Shown here: positions 39,314 through 48,961 of the stretch, in pieces | Position numbering within the stretch: position 1 is the first letter of the stretch | Layout of the letters: each line of letters begins with the position of its first letter | NCBI GenBank assembly: GCA_023459795.1 | Contig: JAEWSP010000018.1 | Span: forward strand, 30,946 to 94,945 | DNA from: Bacillota bacterium | GTDB taxonomy: Bacteria > Bacillota_I > Bacilli_A > RFN20 > CAG-288 | Reading direction: 5' to 3' | DNA: 64,000 nt | Notes under the pieces: generated by a model | Database searches by the model: none | What the model was told of the DNA's origin: nothing | Seen by the model: only the letters and a program-made list of their open reading frames with translations | Made by a program: the position numbers and the translations under genes

Positions 39314-39350
39314 AATGGAAGCCCTCCGGAGGACTTCCATTTTTCTTTTG
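39314..39350 (+). terminator. Terminator after the P-type ATPase
   Basis: TGGAAGCCCTCCGGAGGACTTCCA followed by TTTTTCTTTT. Confidence 0.6.
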
Positions 39351-39483
39351 CCTGTTTTCATAGAAGAAAAGAATCGGACAGGAATTCCGCATCAGGATGC
39401 TATATCTACTCTTTAATTTTTTTATTTCTATTGCAAACAATTTTTTCAAGTAATATAATTAACAAGCTACAAGTTAGCGAGCT

Positions 39484-39559
39484 GGATCTTTAGCTCAGTT
39501 GGTAGAGCAACTGACCCTTAATCAGTGGGCCAAGGGTTCGAGTCCCTTAAGATCCACCA
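39484..39559 (+). tRNA. tRNA-Lys (anticodon CTT)
   Basis: Cloverleaf folded by hand. Acceptor GGATCTT/AAGATCC, D-arm GCTC-AGTTGGTA-GAGC, anticodon stem ACTGA/TCAGT with loop CCCTTAA, T-arm AAGGG-TTCGAGT-CCCTT, encoded CCA. Position 33 is C rather than U. Confidence 0.85.
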
Positions 39560-39570
39560 GTGGAAACAGA

Positions 39571-39596
39571 GAGCTCCCGGAAGGGAGCTCTTTTTG
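39571..39596 (+). terminator. Terminator after tRNA-Lys
   Basis: GAGCTCCC-GGAA-GGGAGCTC followed by TTTTT. Confidence 0.75.
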
Positions 39597-39676
39597 CTGC
39601 TGTCTATAGAATGCTTAGACTCTTCCAAAAAACGATTTTGAAGGGTAAGGTCTTTGGAATAAGGTATAATTTCAGT

Positions 39677-41035
39677 ATGCTAGTTTTTGATACCATTGCA
39701 GCCCTTGCTACAGCAAATACCAAGGCTGCCTTAAGCATTGTCCGATTGTCCGGAGAGGAATCCCTCCGGATTCTTTCCCATCTGGTAACAAGAGATCCCA
39801 AGACCATCGAACCAAACCATATGTACTACGGCATCCTTTACAGGGATGCAGAAACGAAGGAAGAGATGATCGACGAGGCCGAATATGTTTATTACAAAGC
39901 GCCCCGGTCCTATACCGGTTTTGATGGCGTTGAATTCTTCCTGCACGGAAATCCCCTGATTTCGGAGTCCCTCCTTTCCGCTCTCGTCTTCTGGGGTGCC
40001 AGAAGAGCAGAGCGAGGAGAATTCTCGGCCCAGGCTTATTTCAACGGAAAGATGGATCTCCTCAAGGCGGAAGGAATCAACGACCTTATCAATGCCACCA
40101 GCAAGAGGGCAGTCGATATTGCAAGCAACACTCTTTCCGGCAAGAACTCGGAAGCGATGTCCGGTCTCAAGGCGAGGCTTCTGGAGTCTCTCTCCCAGCT
40201 CGAGTATTACGTCGAGAACCAGTACGAAGACGATGACAGCGATCATTTCCATACGGAGCTGGATAAGGTTGATCTGCAGCTTCAGAAAGAAACAAAGTCC
40301 CTTTTGGAGACTATCCGGAAGACGAAGCAGTCCAACCGGGAATACCAGGGCTTCAAGGTGGCAATCGTCGGAGAGCCCAACGTCGGTAAGTCTACGCTCC
40401 TGAACAAGATCGTCGGAGAAGACAGGGCTATCGTCTCGCCGATTCCGGGAACGACAAGGGATGTCGTAACGGGAGAGAGGGAGATCGACGGAATCCGTTT
40501 CTCTTTCGAAGATACAGCCGGAATAAGGAAAACCAAAGATGTCGTTGAGAACCTGGGGATCGAAAGATCCTACAATACGATCCGGAATGCAGACCTGGTG
40601 CTTCTTTTAAGCGAGTCCGGATTCAAAGAGTTCGAATCCCTTCCGGAAATCCAGGATGCCATCCAAGGCAAACCGGTATTAAGGATTGCCACCAAGAAGG
40701 ATCTCCATGGAGAAAACAAGGAAGCAGACCTGACGGTCTCCGACAAGGAAGACGACATGGCTTCCCTTATTTCCCTGTTCCAGAAGAAGCTAAGCCTGGA
40801 GAACAAGGAAGCTTCCTCCTTCCTCGGAGAAAGGGAAGAGGATCTCCTTATCGAGATCGAAGAACAGCTGGAGAAGACAAGGACTGCTATCCAGGAGACC
40901 CATTCCATCGATGTGGTATCGGATAGCCTGAGAGAAGCGGTCCATACGATCAACTCCCTGATGGGGAAGGACGAGAATGCGACTATGGAAGACATCTATC
41001 AGACTCTCTTCTCCCATTTCTGCCTAGGAAAATAA
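39677..41035 (+). CDS. mnmE: tRNA modification GTPase MnmE (TrmE)
   Basis: N-terminal DTIAALATA...IVRLSG, G-domain GKPNVGKSTLLN...DTAGIR, C-terminal CLGK. Start moved to ATG 39677, because the ORF-track start overlaps the tRNA terminator. A TATAAT box at 39665..39670 lies only 6 nt upstream, so the mRNA is possibly leaderless. Confidence 0.85.
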   Translation: MLVFDTIAALATANTKAALSIVRLSGEESLRILSHLVTRDPKTIEPNHMYYGILYRDAETKEEMIDEAEYVYYKAPRSYTGFDGVEFFLHGNPLISESLLSALVFWGARRAERGEFSAQAYFNGKMDLLKAEGINDLINATSKRAVDIASNTLSGKNSEAMSGLKARLLESLSQLEYYVENQYEDDDSDHFHTELDKVDLQLQKETKSLLETIRKTKQSNREYQGFKVAIVGEPNVGKSTLLNKIVGEDRAIVSPIPGTTRDVVTGEREIDGIRFSFEDTAGIRKTKDVVENLGIERSYNTIRNADLVLLLSESGFKEFESLPEIQDAIQGKPVLRIATKKDLHGENKEADLTVSDKEDDMASLISLFQKKLSLENKEASSFLGEREEDLLIEIEEQLEKTRTAIQETHSIDVVSDSLREAVHTINSLMGKDENATMEDIYQTLFSHFCLGK

Positions 41036-41036
41036 T

Positions 41037-41816
41037 ATGGAATACATCGATACCCACTGCCATCTGAACGACGACCAGCTCTATCCCGATAGAGAAGGAG
41101 CTGTAGAGCGGGCCAAGAAGAATGGCTGCCTGGCTTTTTTCAATGCCGCAGATTCCTTTTCCTCCTTCGGAAGGATCTTTTCCCTAGCCAAGGAATTCCC
41201 TGGCTTCTGCTATCCGGTTATCGGCATCCATCCGGAATATGCTTCCCTGCCAGAAGAAGAATTCGAAAAAGCTCTTCAGGCAATCGAAGAAAACAAGAAG
41301 AACATCAAGGCTATCGGAGAAATAGGACTGGATTACCATTATTCCAAGGACCCGGAAATAAAAGAGAAGCAGAAGGATAGGTTCATAAGGCAGATCCGGC
41401 TTGCCAAGAAGTTGTCCTTGCCGATAGTCATCCATTCCAGGGATGCCGATCAGGACTGCTATGACATCCTGAAGGAAGAACTACCGGACAAAGCCGATAT
41501 CCACTGCTACGGACAGAGCTATGAGATGCTTAAAAACTATCTCCGGCTTCCGATCCAGCTGAAGATCGGAATCGGAGGCGTTGTCACCTTCAAGAACAGC
41601 CGGGTGCTTAAGGAAGTCGTAGAGAAAGCACCTCTTTCTGTCCTGCTGACGGAAACAGACAGCCCGTATCTTTCTCCTGTTCCGAACAGAGGAAAAAGAA
41701 ACGAACCTTCCTATATTCCTTTTGTGCTTAAGGAGATTGCTCTCCTTCGCAAGGAAGAGGAAGAAGAGACTGCCAAAGCAATCCTGAAGAACGGAGAAGA
41801 TTTCTATGGATTATGA
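41037..41816 (+). CDS. tatD: TatD-family metal-dependent DNase/hydrolase
   Basis: N-terminal IDTHCHLND and conserved His/Glu/Asp pattern; 259 aa. Confidence 0.85.
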   Translation: MEYIDTHCHLNDDQLYPDREGAVERAKKNGCLAFFNAADSFSSFGRIFSLAKEFPGFCYPVIGIHPEYASLPEEEFEKALQAIEENKKNIKAIGEIGLDYHYSKDPEIKEKQKDRFIRQIRLAKKLSLPIVIHSRDADQDCYDILKEELPDKADIHCYGQSYEMLKNYLRLPIQLKIGIGGVVTFKNSRVLKEVVEKAPLSVLLTETDSPYLSPVPNRGKRNEPSYIPFVLKEIALLRKEEEEETAKAILKNGEDFYGL

Positions 41817-42348
41817 GAAGAAGTACTGCTATGTCTGCGAAGGCAAGACAGACGAAGACAGGCTGAAGAAAGCCGGTTGTCTGTTTGTCGTTGTCTCCGG
41901 CGGAAAATTCATCCGCCCGGAGATTTTGTCCTTCCTGTCTCTGGTCTCCAAGAAGCGGAATATAGTTCTTGTCACGGATCCGGATACACCCGGAGATATG
42001 ATCCGGAAGAAGATTGAATCCGTTGTCGGCCCATGCATTAATCTTCACGGGAAGAAGGAACAGGCAACTTATAACGGAAAGCTTGGGATTGCAGAGATGA
42101 GGCAGACCTCTGTAGATGCTCTCCTTGCTTCTTGCATAGAGCATGACAAAGCCATTGAGGAAGAGAGCGGATTCAGCCATGACGACTACCTGGATATGGG
42201 ACTAGAAGGTCTGGGAAGCAAGGAGAGAAGAGAAAGACTTATCAAGAAGTACAGCCTACCTCTTGCTTCCGGTAAGAGCGTCGAAGAAGAATGCCATATC
42301 CTTTCCTTGACCAAGGAAGAGATAAAGGAGGCAATTGCACATGAGTGA
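41806..42348 (+). CDS. rnmV: Ribonuclease M5 (5S rRNA maturase, Toprim domain)
   Basis: CYVCEGKTDEDRL and TDPDTPGDMIRKKI Toprim motifs. The tatD-rnmV-rsmA order matches Bacillus. Confidence 0.75.
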   Translation: MDYEKKYCYVCEGKTDEDRLKKAGCLFVVVSGGKFIRPEILSFLSLVSKKRNIVLVTDPDTPGDMIRKKIESVVGPCINLHGKKEQATYNGKLGIAEMRQTSVDALLASCIEHDKAIEEESGFSHDDYLDMGLEGLGSKERRERLIKKYSLPLASGKSVEEECHILSLTKEEIKEAIAHE

Positions 42349-43159
42349 GCAGGATAGAATCCAAGGACTGTTGAAGGAATACGGCTATATCGCCAAGAAG
42401 TCCTTCGGACAGAATTTCCTTATCAACGAAGGAATCATAAGAAGAATCGTCGACCAGATGAAGCCGGAGACTTTCGAGACCGTAATCGAGATCGGTCCTG
42501 GCCTTGGAGCACTGACTCTTCCTCTTTCCCAGAAGAGCAAAAAGCTTTATGCCGTCGATGCAGACAGGGATATGATCACTATCCTCCATGAGATCTTCGA
42601 TTCCAAGAAGAATGTCACCTTGGTCCAGTCCGATTTCCTCCGCTTCGATCCGGACTCTGTCTCCCGGAAGGAAGATAGGCTGCTCATTGGGAACCTTCCT
42701 TACAACATCACTTCCGAGCTTTTTGAATATATGCTTGAAAAAGGGTTTGCTTCTGCCGGTGCCATGGTCCAGAAGGAAGTCTATGAGAAGCTAAGCTATA
42801 CCCCGGGGAAGTCAACCAACACTGCTCTAGGAGCTTTTATCGAAAGCATGGGAAAGCTCTCCCTGCTGACACTTGTCGACCACTCCTCCTTCGATCCTTC
42901 CCCGAAGGTGGAGTCCGCCTTCGTAAGGATTGATACGGATCCGAAGAAGTCGATTTCCTTCTCCCTCTATCCTGTCTATAAGGCACTCTTCCGGAATCCG
43001 AACAAGACCATCCACAACTGCCTCAAGGAGGTGCCGGAATATAGGGACTCCCTTCCTACGCTAAGCCAGGAAAAGCCGGAGCTTCTTTCTTCCAGGGCAC
43101 GGCAACTGGACGTGAAGACACTGCAAAAACTAGCCGAAGAAATCCAGAAGCTTTCCTAG
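42335..43159 (+). CDS. rsmA: 16S rRNA (adenine1518/1519-N6)-dimethyltransferase
   Basis: KKSFGQNFLINEGIIRRIV, SAM motif IEIGPGLGALT, NLPYNI. Confidence 0.9.
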   Translation: MHMSEQDRIQGLLKEYGYIAKKSFGQNFLINEGIIRRIVDQMKPETFETVIEIGPGLGALTLPLSQKSKKLYAVDADRDMITILHEIFDSKKNVTLVQSDFLRFDPDSVSRKEDRLLIGNLPYNITSELFEYMLEKGFASAGAMVQKEVYEKLSYTPGKSTNTALGAFIESMGKLSLLTLVDHSSFDPSPKVESAFVRIDTDPKKSISFSLYPVYKALFRNPNKTIHNCLKEVPEYRDSLPTLSQEKPELLSSRARQLDVKTLQKLAEEIQKLS

Positions 43160-43364
43160 AACTGTTTTTAGGCGCCAAAGGGAATTAATTTTACCGAAAA
43201 AACCAGTTTCAAAACATTTCCTAACCCTTGGGGATGGTTACTACAGCAAAACAGGGTTGCCTTTGTCGGGAATGACTCTACCCAGTTCGCTTTAAATAAG
43301 CTTGAGTAGCCCATTCCATCTTCGGAAATATGTAGATGATTATACTACTCACCTACCAAGAAAA

Positions 43365-44255
43365 CTAATTAAGGAACTTTTCGCAGTTAAATATATTTTC
43401 TTCATAACTTTGTGTTAACCGGTCTTTCATCTCACCCTCTGTAACTTTTCCGTATTTTCTTTCATAAAGAGAAATTATAGAGGTCATTATTGGAGCGGAG
43501 AAACTTGTCCCACTCTTTTCATTAATAACGATTCCATTCTCACATTCGTCTAAACAGATTATATCTAAGCAGGGTAAAAGAAAACAAGAGGAGTTAAAGT
43601 TTGCTTTTTTCCAAACGTTACATTCCTTATCTATTCCTGAAACAGCAATGACATTTCCATACGCGGCCGGGTACAACAAACTATCTGTTCCGGAATTTCC
43701 GGAACTGGCAACAACAATAATTCCTTTGCTTATGCATCTATCGATGGCAGCCCTAATCAAGCCGGAATCGTTCTTTATTCCTAAAGAAATATTGACTATA
43801 TCAATGCCATATTCACAACAACAATACAATGCGGATTCAACTTCTTGAATAGAGGCAATATTATCTTTACCCTCAACATCAAAAATGTAGATATCAGAAC
43901 AACAAGCCAAACCCAAATTATTGTATTCGGAGCAACCAATTATTGAAAATGTACTTAATCCGTGACTGGAATGTTGCTTACGCTCAACAGTGTTGTTAAA
44001 AACAATGTTTTGATTATGATAAACCGAGTTTTGAATTCCGGAATCTAGGACAGCAATTTTCGGAAAATACACAGCTTTTTCGTTACCTTTGGATAAGTTT
44101 ATTTCTTGCAAATAGTAGGCATTGTAGGGGATACTATTACGGTTTTTTGTTAAGCAGAAAAAGAAAGTACAAAAAACAAGCAGACCGGTTACAAGCTTAT
44201 GCCTTCGCATCTTTTTGATTTTCCGGACCCTGCTTTGCCTTATACGCTTGGACAA
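43365..44255 (-). CDS. Membrane-anchored subtilisin-like serine peptidase (S8 family), small LanP/EpiP-like size
   Basis: Asp, His and Ser triad blocks in order: IAVLDSGI, SHGLSTFSIIG, SGTSFSAPIM, plus the oxyanion Asn in ASSGNSG. N-terminal TM helix LVTGLLVFCTFFFCL. Strongly AT-rich codon usage unlike its neighbours. Confidence 0.7.
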   Translation of the reverse strand: MSKRIRQSRVRKIKKMRRHKLVTGLLVFCTFFFCLTKNRNSIPYNAYYLQEINLSKGNEKAVYFPKIAVLDSGIQNSVYHNQNIVFNNTVERKQHSSHGLSTFSIIGCSEYNNLGLACCSDIYIFDVEGKDNIASIQEVESALYCCCEYGIDIVNISLGIKNDSGLIRAAIDRCISKGIIVVASSGNSGTDSLLYPAAYGNVIAVSGIDKECNVWKKANFNSSCFLLPCLDIICLDECENGIVINEKSGTSFSAPIMTSIISLYERKYGKVTEGEMKDRLTQSYEENIFNCEKFLN

Positions 44256-44697
44256 ACTTCTTCTTTTTCCGGTATTCGAAAAGAAGAATGATAAAGATAG
44301 CTAATACCGATACGATTTCGACGATATAGCCGGTAACGGAAGAAACGAAGAAGTAGACAAGAGTAAAACTAATCCCTGCCACTACAAAGAAAAAACTGAA
44401 AAGAACGAATCCGTTATTAAAAAGATTCGGATAAGAAAAACTCAGATGGGCATCCTTATTGGATATTTCTTTTGTCGGATACTTTTCTTCTTCTGGCTTC
44501 CCTTTGGAAAAGAAACCAAGTTCAAAGAAGAAGTCTTCATAGCCATAACCAAGAAAGGCAGGAAGGCATAGAATCAGGCTTTTTCCAAAGTACTCCAAAG
44601 ATAAGAACTTTGTGTTTTCCAAGGTAAAACCGTAAACGAGGATTGCCAGGACTACGAATATAGGAGTACAAATCAAACGAAGTTGCCATTTTTTCAT
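44197..44697 (-). CDS. Hypothetical 4-TM membrane protein (possible immunity or accessory protein)
   Basis: Start placed at MKKWQLRL. Overlaps the S8 gene start. AT-rich. Confidence 0.4.
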   Translation of the reverse strand: MKKWQLRLICTPIFVVLAILVYGFTLENTKFLSLEYFGKSLILCLPAFLGYGYEDFFFELGFFSKGKPEEEKYPTKEISNKDAHLSFSYPNLFNNGFVLFSFFFVVAGISFTLVYFFVSSVTGYIVEIVSVLAIFIILLFEYRKKKKFVQAYKAKQGPENQKDAKA

Positions 44698-44699
44698 TT

Positions 44700-45530
44700 T
44701 TATTGAAGTCCAAACGCAAACTGACGTTCCCACGAAAATGAGATTGAAATACCATCTTTAATAAAATGAGAATAGATATAGTCGAAAAGCTCAGATAAAC
44801 AAACAGAGACAAAAAAATTCACAACAAACCTTACTAATGCATGTTCGGATAAAACAGAGATAGCAGAAACGACAGCCAAAATGACAGGATTACCAGTAAC
44901 AGCTCCAAAAAGAGCTAAACTAGCCGCCATAACAATAGGCGTTCTGGTTGCCATAAACAATGCCGTAATTCCTTCAACAATAAACCCTGTCCCATAAGAG
45001 AGAATTTTTCTACAGGTGGAGGCATCAATCTTGAAAACAAATTGATCCGGAACATAAATTCCCCACCAAAGTTTTTTCCAAGTTAAATTGAAGGAATTTT
45101 CCCCTTCGCTTTCTTCTTCAAAACCAGAATACTTAATTAGTGCCGATTCATAGGCATCGATGATTGTGTTTTCTCCAACAAGTTCTGCTTCTTCAGCAGA
45201 AAGCCGGTTTTCCAAAGAAGCAATAACGTTTCTAGAAACATCCAAGAAATAGTTGGATCCTTTTTCATCACATTCAGCAAAGACATTATCCAAACTATTC
45301 TTTGCCTTGGAAATGTTAGATAAGATTTCCTTTCTTGACGCAGGTACTTCAATATCACTAATAGAAAGGTTGGAATAGCAGTCTTCAATTTTATCAAGTT
45401 GGTCCTGAACCTCTTCTTCTTTGGCTGAATTTATTCCAACATTAGTTGGACCTTTGGAATTCTTTCCAAAACATAAAAAACTACTCAATACAGTTATGAT
45501 AGTCAATGCTTTTTTTAATGGCACTTGCAT
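44700..45530 (-). CDS. Secreted hypothetical protein with C-terminal glycine-zipper-like hydrophobic domain
   Basis: Signal peptide MQVPLKKALTIITVLSSFLCFG, acidic helical middle, and a C-terminal roughly 70-aa stretch rich in small residues (ASLALFGAVTGNPVILAVVSAISVL). Start at ATG 45530 with a GAGG RBS. 3 nt upstream of the 4-TM gene. Confidence 0.4.
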   Translation of the reverse strand: MQVPLKKALTIITVLSSFLCFGKNSKGPTNVGINSAKEEEVQDQLDKIEDCYSNLSISDIEVPASRKEILSNISKAKNSLDNVFAECDEKGSNYFLDVSRNVIASLENRLSAEEAELVGENTIIDAYESALIKYSGFEEESEGENSFNLTWKKLWWGIYVPDQFVFKIDASTCRKILSYGTGFIVEGITALFMATRTPIVMAASLALFGAVTGNPVILAVVSAISVLSEHALVRFVVNFFVSVCLSELFDYIYSHFIKDGISISFSWERQFAFGLQ

Positions 45531-45979
45531 ATTTTTTGCCTCGTTGATAATCATAGTGTGTAGATAACTTAAAGTCAATATCGTGTTTTTTGATTACACC
45601 ACTTTTTTGTTCTTGTTATAAATTGTTTTCTAACACAACTGTTTTTTTATAAGAATCGTCTTTGCTTTGTGTTGCACCATGAGAGCAATTGTAAAGCTCC
45701 TCTTTTGGCTTCAAATGCTTTTCTGAGTTTTGCCCCCAAGAAATTTTGCGGTCTGAAAAGAAGCATATGCTGAACATTTTTCGTCAAAAGCTCTAGACAA
45801 AAACAGATTTGCTTTGGAAAGGGCATTCCGCGAACCATTTTCAAAAAGCAACGTCAATTCCAAAACTTAGATGCCAAAAACTTTCTAAGCTCGTCTTCTA
45901 ATTGCTTCTAATTCATTTGAACGCTTTTGCAACCGCCCCTTCATAAACAACCATTTCCGCTCTTTCCAGTAGCTGCGGC

Positions 45980-46885
45980 TTATTCTTCTTTCTTGTTGTT
46001 CTTCTCTGTTTCTTTTTCTTCTTTCTTCTCCTGCTTATGCTTCTGATGCTCTTTGTAGAAATCCTGATCGATCCAGAGGATCCGTTCCGAGAACTCCGGA
46101 TATTTCTTGAATACGAAATAGCTGGAGAGGATGCCGAGAAGCGCACCGCAGGCATCGGCAATGATGTCTCCGTCCGTATCCGTAACAGCATACCTATAGC
46201 CTGTAAATGTCTTGTAGTAATTCGTCATATCCGTCTCGCTGAGGTGGCAGTTCCCCGTATTCCACATCTCTCCGTTTGCTCCCCCGAGAATCCCCGTATC
46301 CTGATCGATGCAGGCATAAAGATCGTCCGGAATATATTTCTGCATGTTCGTATGGAAGATCAGGTCTGCTCCGCCTTCATACAGTTCCCACAAGGCTTCG
46401 ACGGCAACTCCGAAGAAGAAGCCGAAGAGAAGGCATAAGCCGGTCGCTTGTCTTCCTGTATATCCGTTCTTCTTCATGAGAAGCTTCATCAAGACAAAGC
46501 CTGCCAGGGCAAGCTGTGCCGTTCCTATCGTATGGAGGAATTTATCGAATCCGTAATCCCCGAGGTTGTAGTAGACCTGGCAGGCTTCTCCGAGGAAGAC
46601 GGAGACGAAGAGGTCAAAGGCGATGAACAGATCCACTGGCTTTCCGACACGGAAACCAGTCAGATGTTCGACAATCATCGGTCCCCAGATACCTAGGAAT
46701 GCGCAGGAAGACCCGACGATAACCGTCCTTGCCTGGACCGGATCCCACTGGAAAGGACGATGGGTAGCAATGCCGCCTTCCGGATAGAACGGCCTTACCT
46801 TGCAAAGGGATAGGATTGCAAAGACCATGAGCATGGAGAAAACAGAGGTTTCAATGATATACAGGGTCTTTCGGTAAGATGCCAT
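45980..46885 (-). CDS. Hypothetical polytopic membrane protein with Lys/Glu-rich C-terminal tail
   Basis: 301 aa with 6-7 TM segments at normal GC; no motif recognised. Confidence 0.45.
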   Translation of the reverse strand: MASYRKTLYIIETSVFSMLMVFAILSLCKVRPFYPEGGIATHRPFQWDPVQARTVIVGSSCAFLGIWGPMIVEHLTGFRVGKPVDLFIAFDLFVSVFLGEACQVYYNLGDYGFDKFLHTIGTAQLALAGFVLMKLLMKKNGYTGRQATGLCLLFGFFFGVAVEALWELYEGGADLIFHTNMQKYIPDDLYACIDQDTGILGGANGEMWNTGNCHLSETDMTNYYKTFTGYRYAVTDTDGDIIADACGALLGILSSYFVFKKYPEFSERILWIDQDFYKEHQKHKQEKKEEKETEKNNKKEE

Positions 46886-46985
46886 ACGCCGCTCCTTTAA
46901 TACTTCTTATTTTAGCGAAAAAAACAGGAATTGGAACCACGATTAGCGGAAAGAGAGTAAGAAAGAAAAAGAGGAAATGAAAAAG

Positions 46986-47006
46986 GCCCGTTTCCGGGCC
47001 TTTGTG
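46986..47006 (-). terminator. Terminator of prs
   Basis: GGCCCGGAAACGGGCC. On the minus strand it is followed by TTTTTCATTTCC. Confidence 0.6.
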
Positions 47007-47019
47007 TTGGTTTCTAAAC

Positions 47020-47994
47020 CTACTTGACGTACTTGGAGATAATATCGGAGACAGACTTGTTGTTGCTGATGGCATCGATGCAGGCAGCAATGGTCGGAGC
47101 AAGGGAGACAACCGTGATGTTGAGATCCTTGTTCTTCTTGAACCGTTCATCCAGCGGGATGGAGTCCGTGACCCAGAGACGATCGAACGGGCAGGCGCTG
47201 AGACGGGTATAGGCAGGATCGGAAAGGACAGGGTGGACAACAGCCATCATGACCTTCTTGGCACCGAACTTCTTAAGAGCGGCACCGGCAGCAATCGCAG
47301 AACCGGCAGTATCGATCATATCGTCGACGATCAGGCAATCCTTATCCTTGACGTCTCCGACAATGTTCATGACTTCCGGCTGACGGGAGCTGTTACGTCT
47401 CTTATCGATGATGGCAATCGGAGCATCCAGGATCTCCGCAAAGTTGCGGGCGCGGACGACTCCGCCATGATCCGGCGAGACAACGACAAGGTTGGCCTTG
47501 TCGACGCTTTCGTCATGCTTGACGGTATAGCCGAGAAGCGGAACGGCAGTAATGTCATCTTCAAGGCAGGAGAAGAAAGCCTGCTCCTGGGCTGCATGAA
47601 GATTGAAGGTGAGGATACGATCGGCACCGGCAGTGACATAAAGATCAGCAACGAGCTTACTGGAAATCGGCTCACGCGGCTTGGACTTTCTATCCTGACG
47701 GGCATATCCGAAGTAAGGAATGATGACGTTGATTTCGCTGGCAGATGCTCTCTTGAGAGCATCAATGAAGACCAAAGTCTCCATAATATTTTCATTGACC
47801 GGCGGGCAGGTAGATTCGATGATAAATACCCTCTTGCCCCGGACACAGGTCTCTGGGCAGGCCATCACTTCTTTGGACGGAAATACTTCCAGATGTACCT
47901 TCCCTAATGTCGTCCCCAGCTCCTTCGCAACGGCTTCGGCCAGATCGACGTTGGCGCTTAACGCATAGAGAATGGCATCATTACCAAAATTCAT
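47020..47994 (-). CDS. prs: Ribose-phosphate pyrophosphokinase (PRPP synthetase)
   Basis: PRPP-synthetase blocks: FPSKEV..., IPYFGYARQDRK, DLHAAQEQAFF, and PRPP-binding loop IVDDMIDTAGS. Confidence 0.9.
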   Translation of the reverse strand: MNFGNDAILYALSANVDLAEAVAKELGTTLGKVHLEVFPSKEVMACPETCVRGKRVFIIESTCPPVNENIMETLVFIDALKRASASEINVIIPYFGYARQDRKSKPREPISSKLVADLYVTAGADRILTFNLHAAQEQAFFSCLEDDITAVPLLGYTVKHDESVDKANLVVVSPDHGGVVRARNFAEILDAPIAIIDKRRNSSRQPEVMNIVGDVKDKDCLIVDDMIDTAGSAIAAGAALKKFGAKKVMMAVVHPVLSDPAYTRLSACPFDRLWVTDSIPLDERFKKNKDLNITVVSLAPTIAACIDAISNNKSVSDIISKYVK

Positions 47995-48203
47995 ATCGAA
48001 AGGTTCCCCCTAACGGAATTATTCTAACACTCTTAGAGTTGGTTTCTAAGACTAATCCGCAAAAGGAGGGAAGCAATCGCTTTCTTTTCCCAAGGGACTT
48101 GAAAGGCAGCTTTTCAGGGAAATAGAATCCGGATCCAGGGGAAGAGAAAAAAGAGGCTTAACAGCAAGAAAATATCTGTTTTGATTTTTGAAAAACGAAA
48201 AAC

Positions 48204-48230
48204 AGCCTCCCTTAGGAGGCTGTGCTTAAT
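48204..48230 (-). terminator. Terminator of the HAD/beta-PGM-like gene
   Basis: CACAGCCTCC-TAAG-GGAGGCTGT. On the minus strand it is followed by TTTTCGTTTTTC. Confidence 0.6.
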
Positions 48231-48879
48231 TCAGCTTGTTTTCTTTTTGAAGGATAGGAAGGATATCGGAAATGCCGACAAGCGGGTAATCTGTCTGATA
48301 GTAGGATGCTGCTTCTTTTACTCCGGCAGTCTTATACCCGCCTTCCTTGGCGGCTTTGATAGCAGAGAACCCATCCTCGACGACCAGGATATCCTTCGGA
48401 GAGAGGACAAGAGCCTTGGCAATCTTGTCGAAGATAACGGAATCATGTCTTGCGACATCAACGTCGTTTCCGTCGACGACCACATCGAAGACATGTTCCA
48501 TCTTGATCTTGGAAAGAATGGTTTCGCAGTTCGTAGATGCTGTTCCGATAGCTACCTTGATTCCGTTCTTCTTCAAAAGCTCAATGGTGGAACGGACTTC
48601 TTCCGGACAGTCCATCTCGGTGAGCTGGGTAAGAAAATTCTGGTAGATAGCATTCTTTTTGTCGGAAATGGCAATTTTCTCTTCTTCCGTGTAGTTCTTG
48701 TTGGCACGCTTTGCCATCAAGGCGACACAGTCCATGCGGTTGGTTCCCCGCATCTGATTATAAACGGAACGGTCAAAAGGGATTCCTTCCTCCTCGGCTA
48801 CGGATTTCCAGGAACGATAATGGTATTCGTCAGTATCGGCAATTACACCATCGATATTAAAAATAACCGCTTGGATCAT
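48226..48879 (-). CDS. HAD-superfamily hydrolase, beta-phosphoglucomutase-like
   Basis: Motif I FNIDGVIADT (DxDG), motif II TAS, C-terminal EDGxxAIxAAKxGG. Confidence 0.6.
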   Translation of the reverse strand: MIQAVIFNIDGVIADTDEYHYRSWKSVAEEEGIPFDRSVYNQMRGTNRMDCVALMAKRANKNYTEEEKIAISDKKNAIYQNFLTQLTEMDCPEEVRSTIELLKKNGIKVAIGTASTNCETILSKIKMEHVFDVVVDGNDVDVARHDSVIFDKIAKALVLSPKDILVVEDGFSAIKAAKEGGYKTAGVKEAASYYQTDYPLVGISDILPILQKENKLN

Positions 48880-48961
48880 ACCCGATTCCTCCTTCTGAGG
48901 ACCTCAAATTGAGCGACAAATAGATATTTTATCAAGCAAATTGTTGCAACTCAACTTATGT

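Noticed and set aside
45647-45844. 65-aa minus ORF upstream of the island operon
   Set aside because: No RBS. Not Cys/Ser/Thr-rich like a lanthipeptide precursor and no GG leader. Mentioned in the island finding only.
45913-46191. 92-aa Arg/Lys-rich minus ORF
   Set aside because: Overlaps the 3' end of the 45980..46885 gene in another frame; basic low-complexity.
47002-47907. 301-aa + ORF
   Set aside because: Antisense to prs.
48181-48912. 243-aa + ORF
   Set aside because: Antisense to the beta-PGM-like HAD gene.
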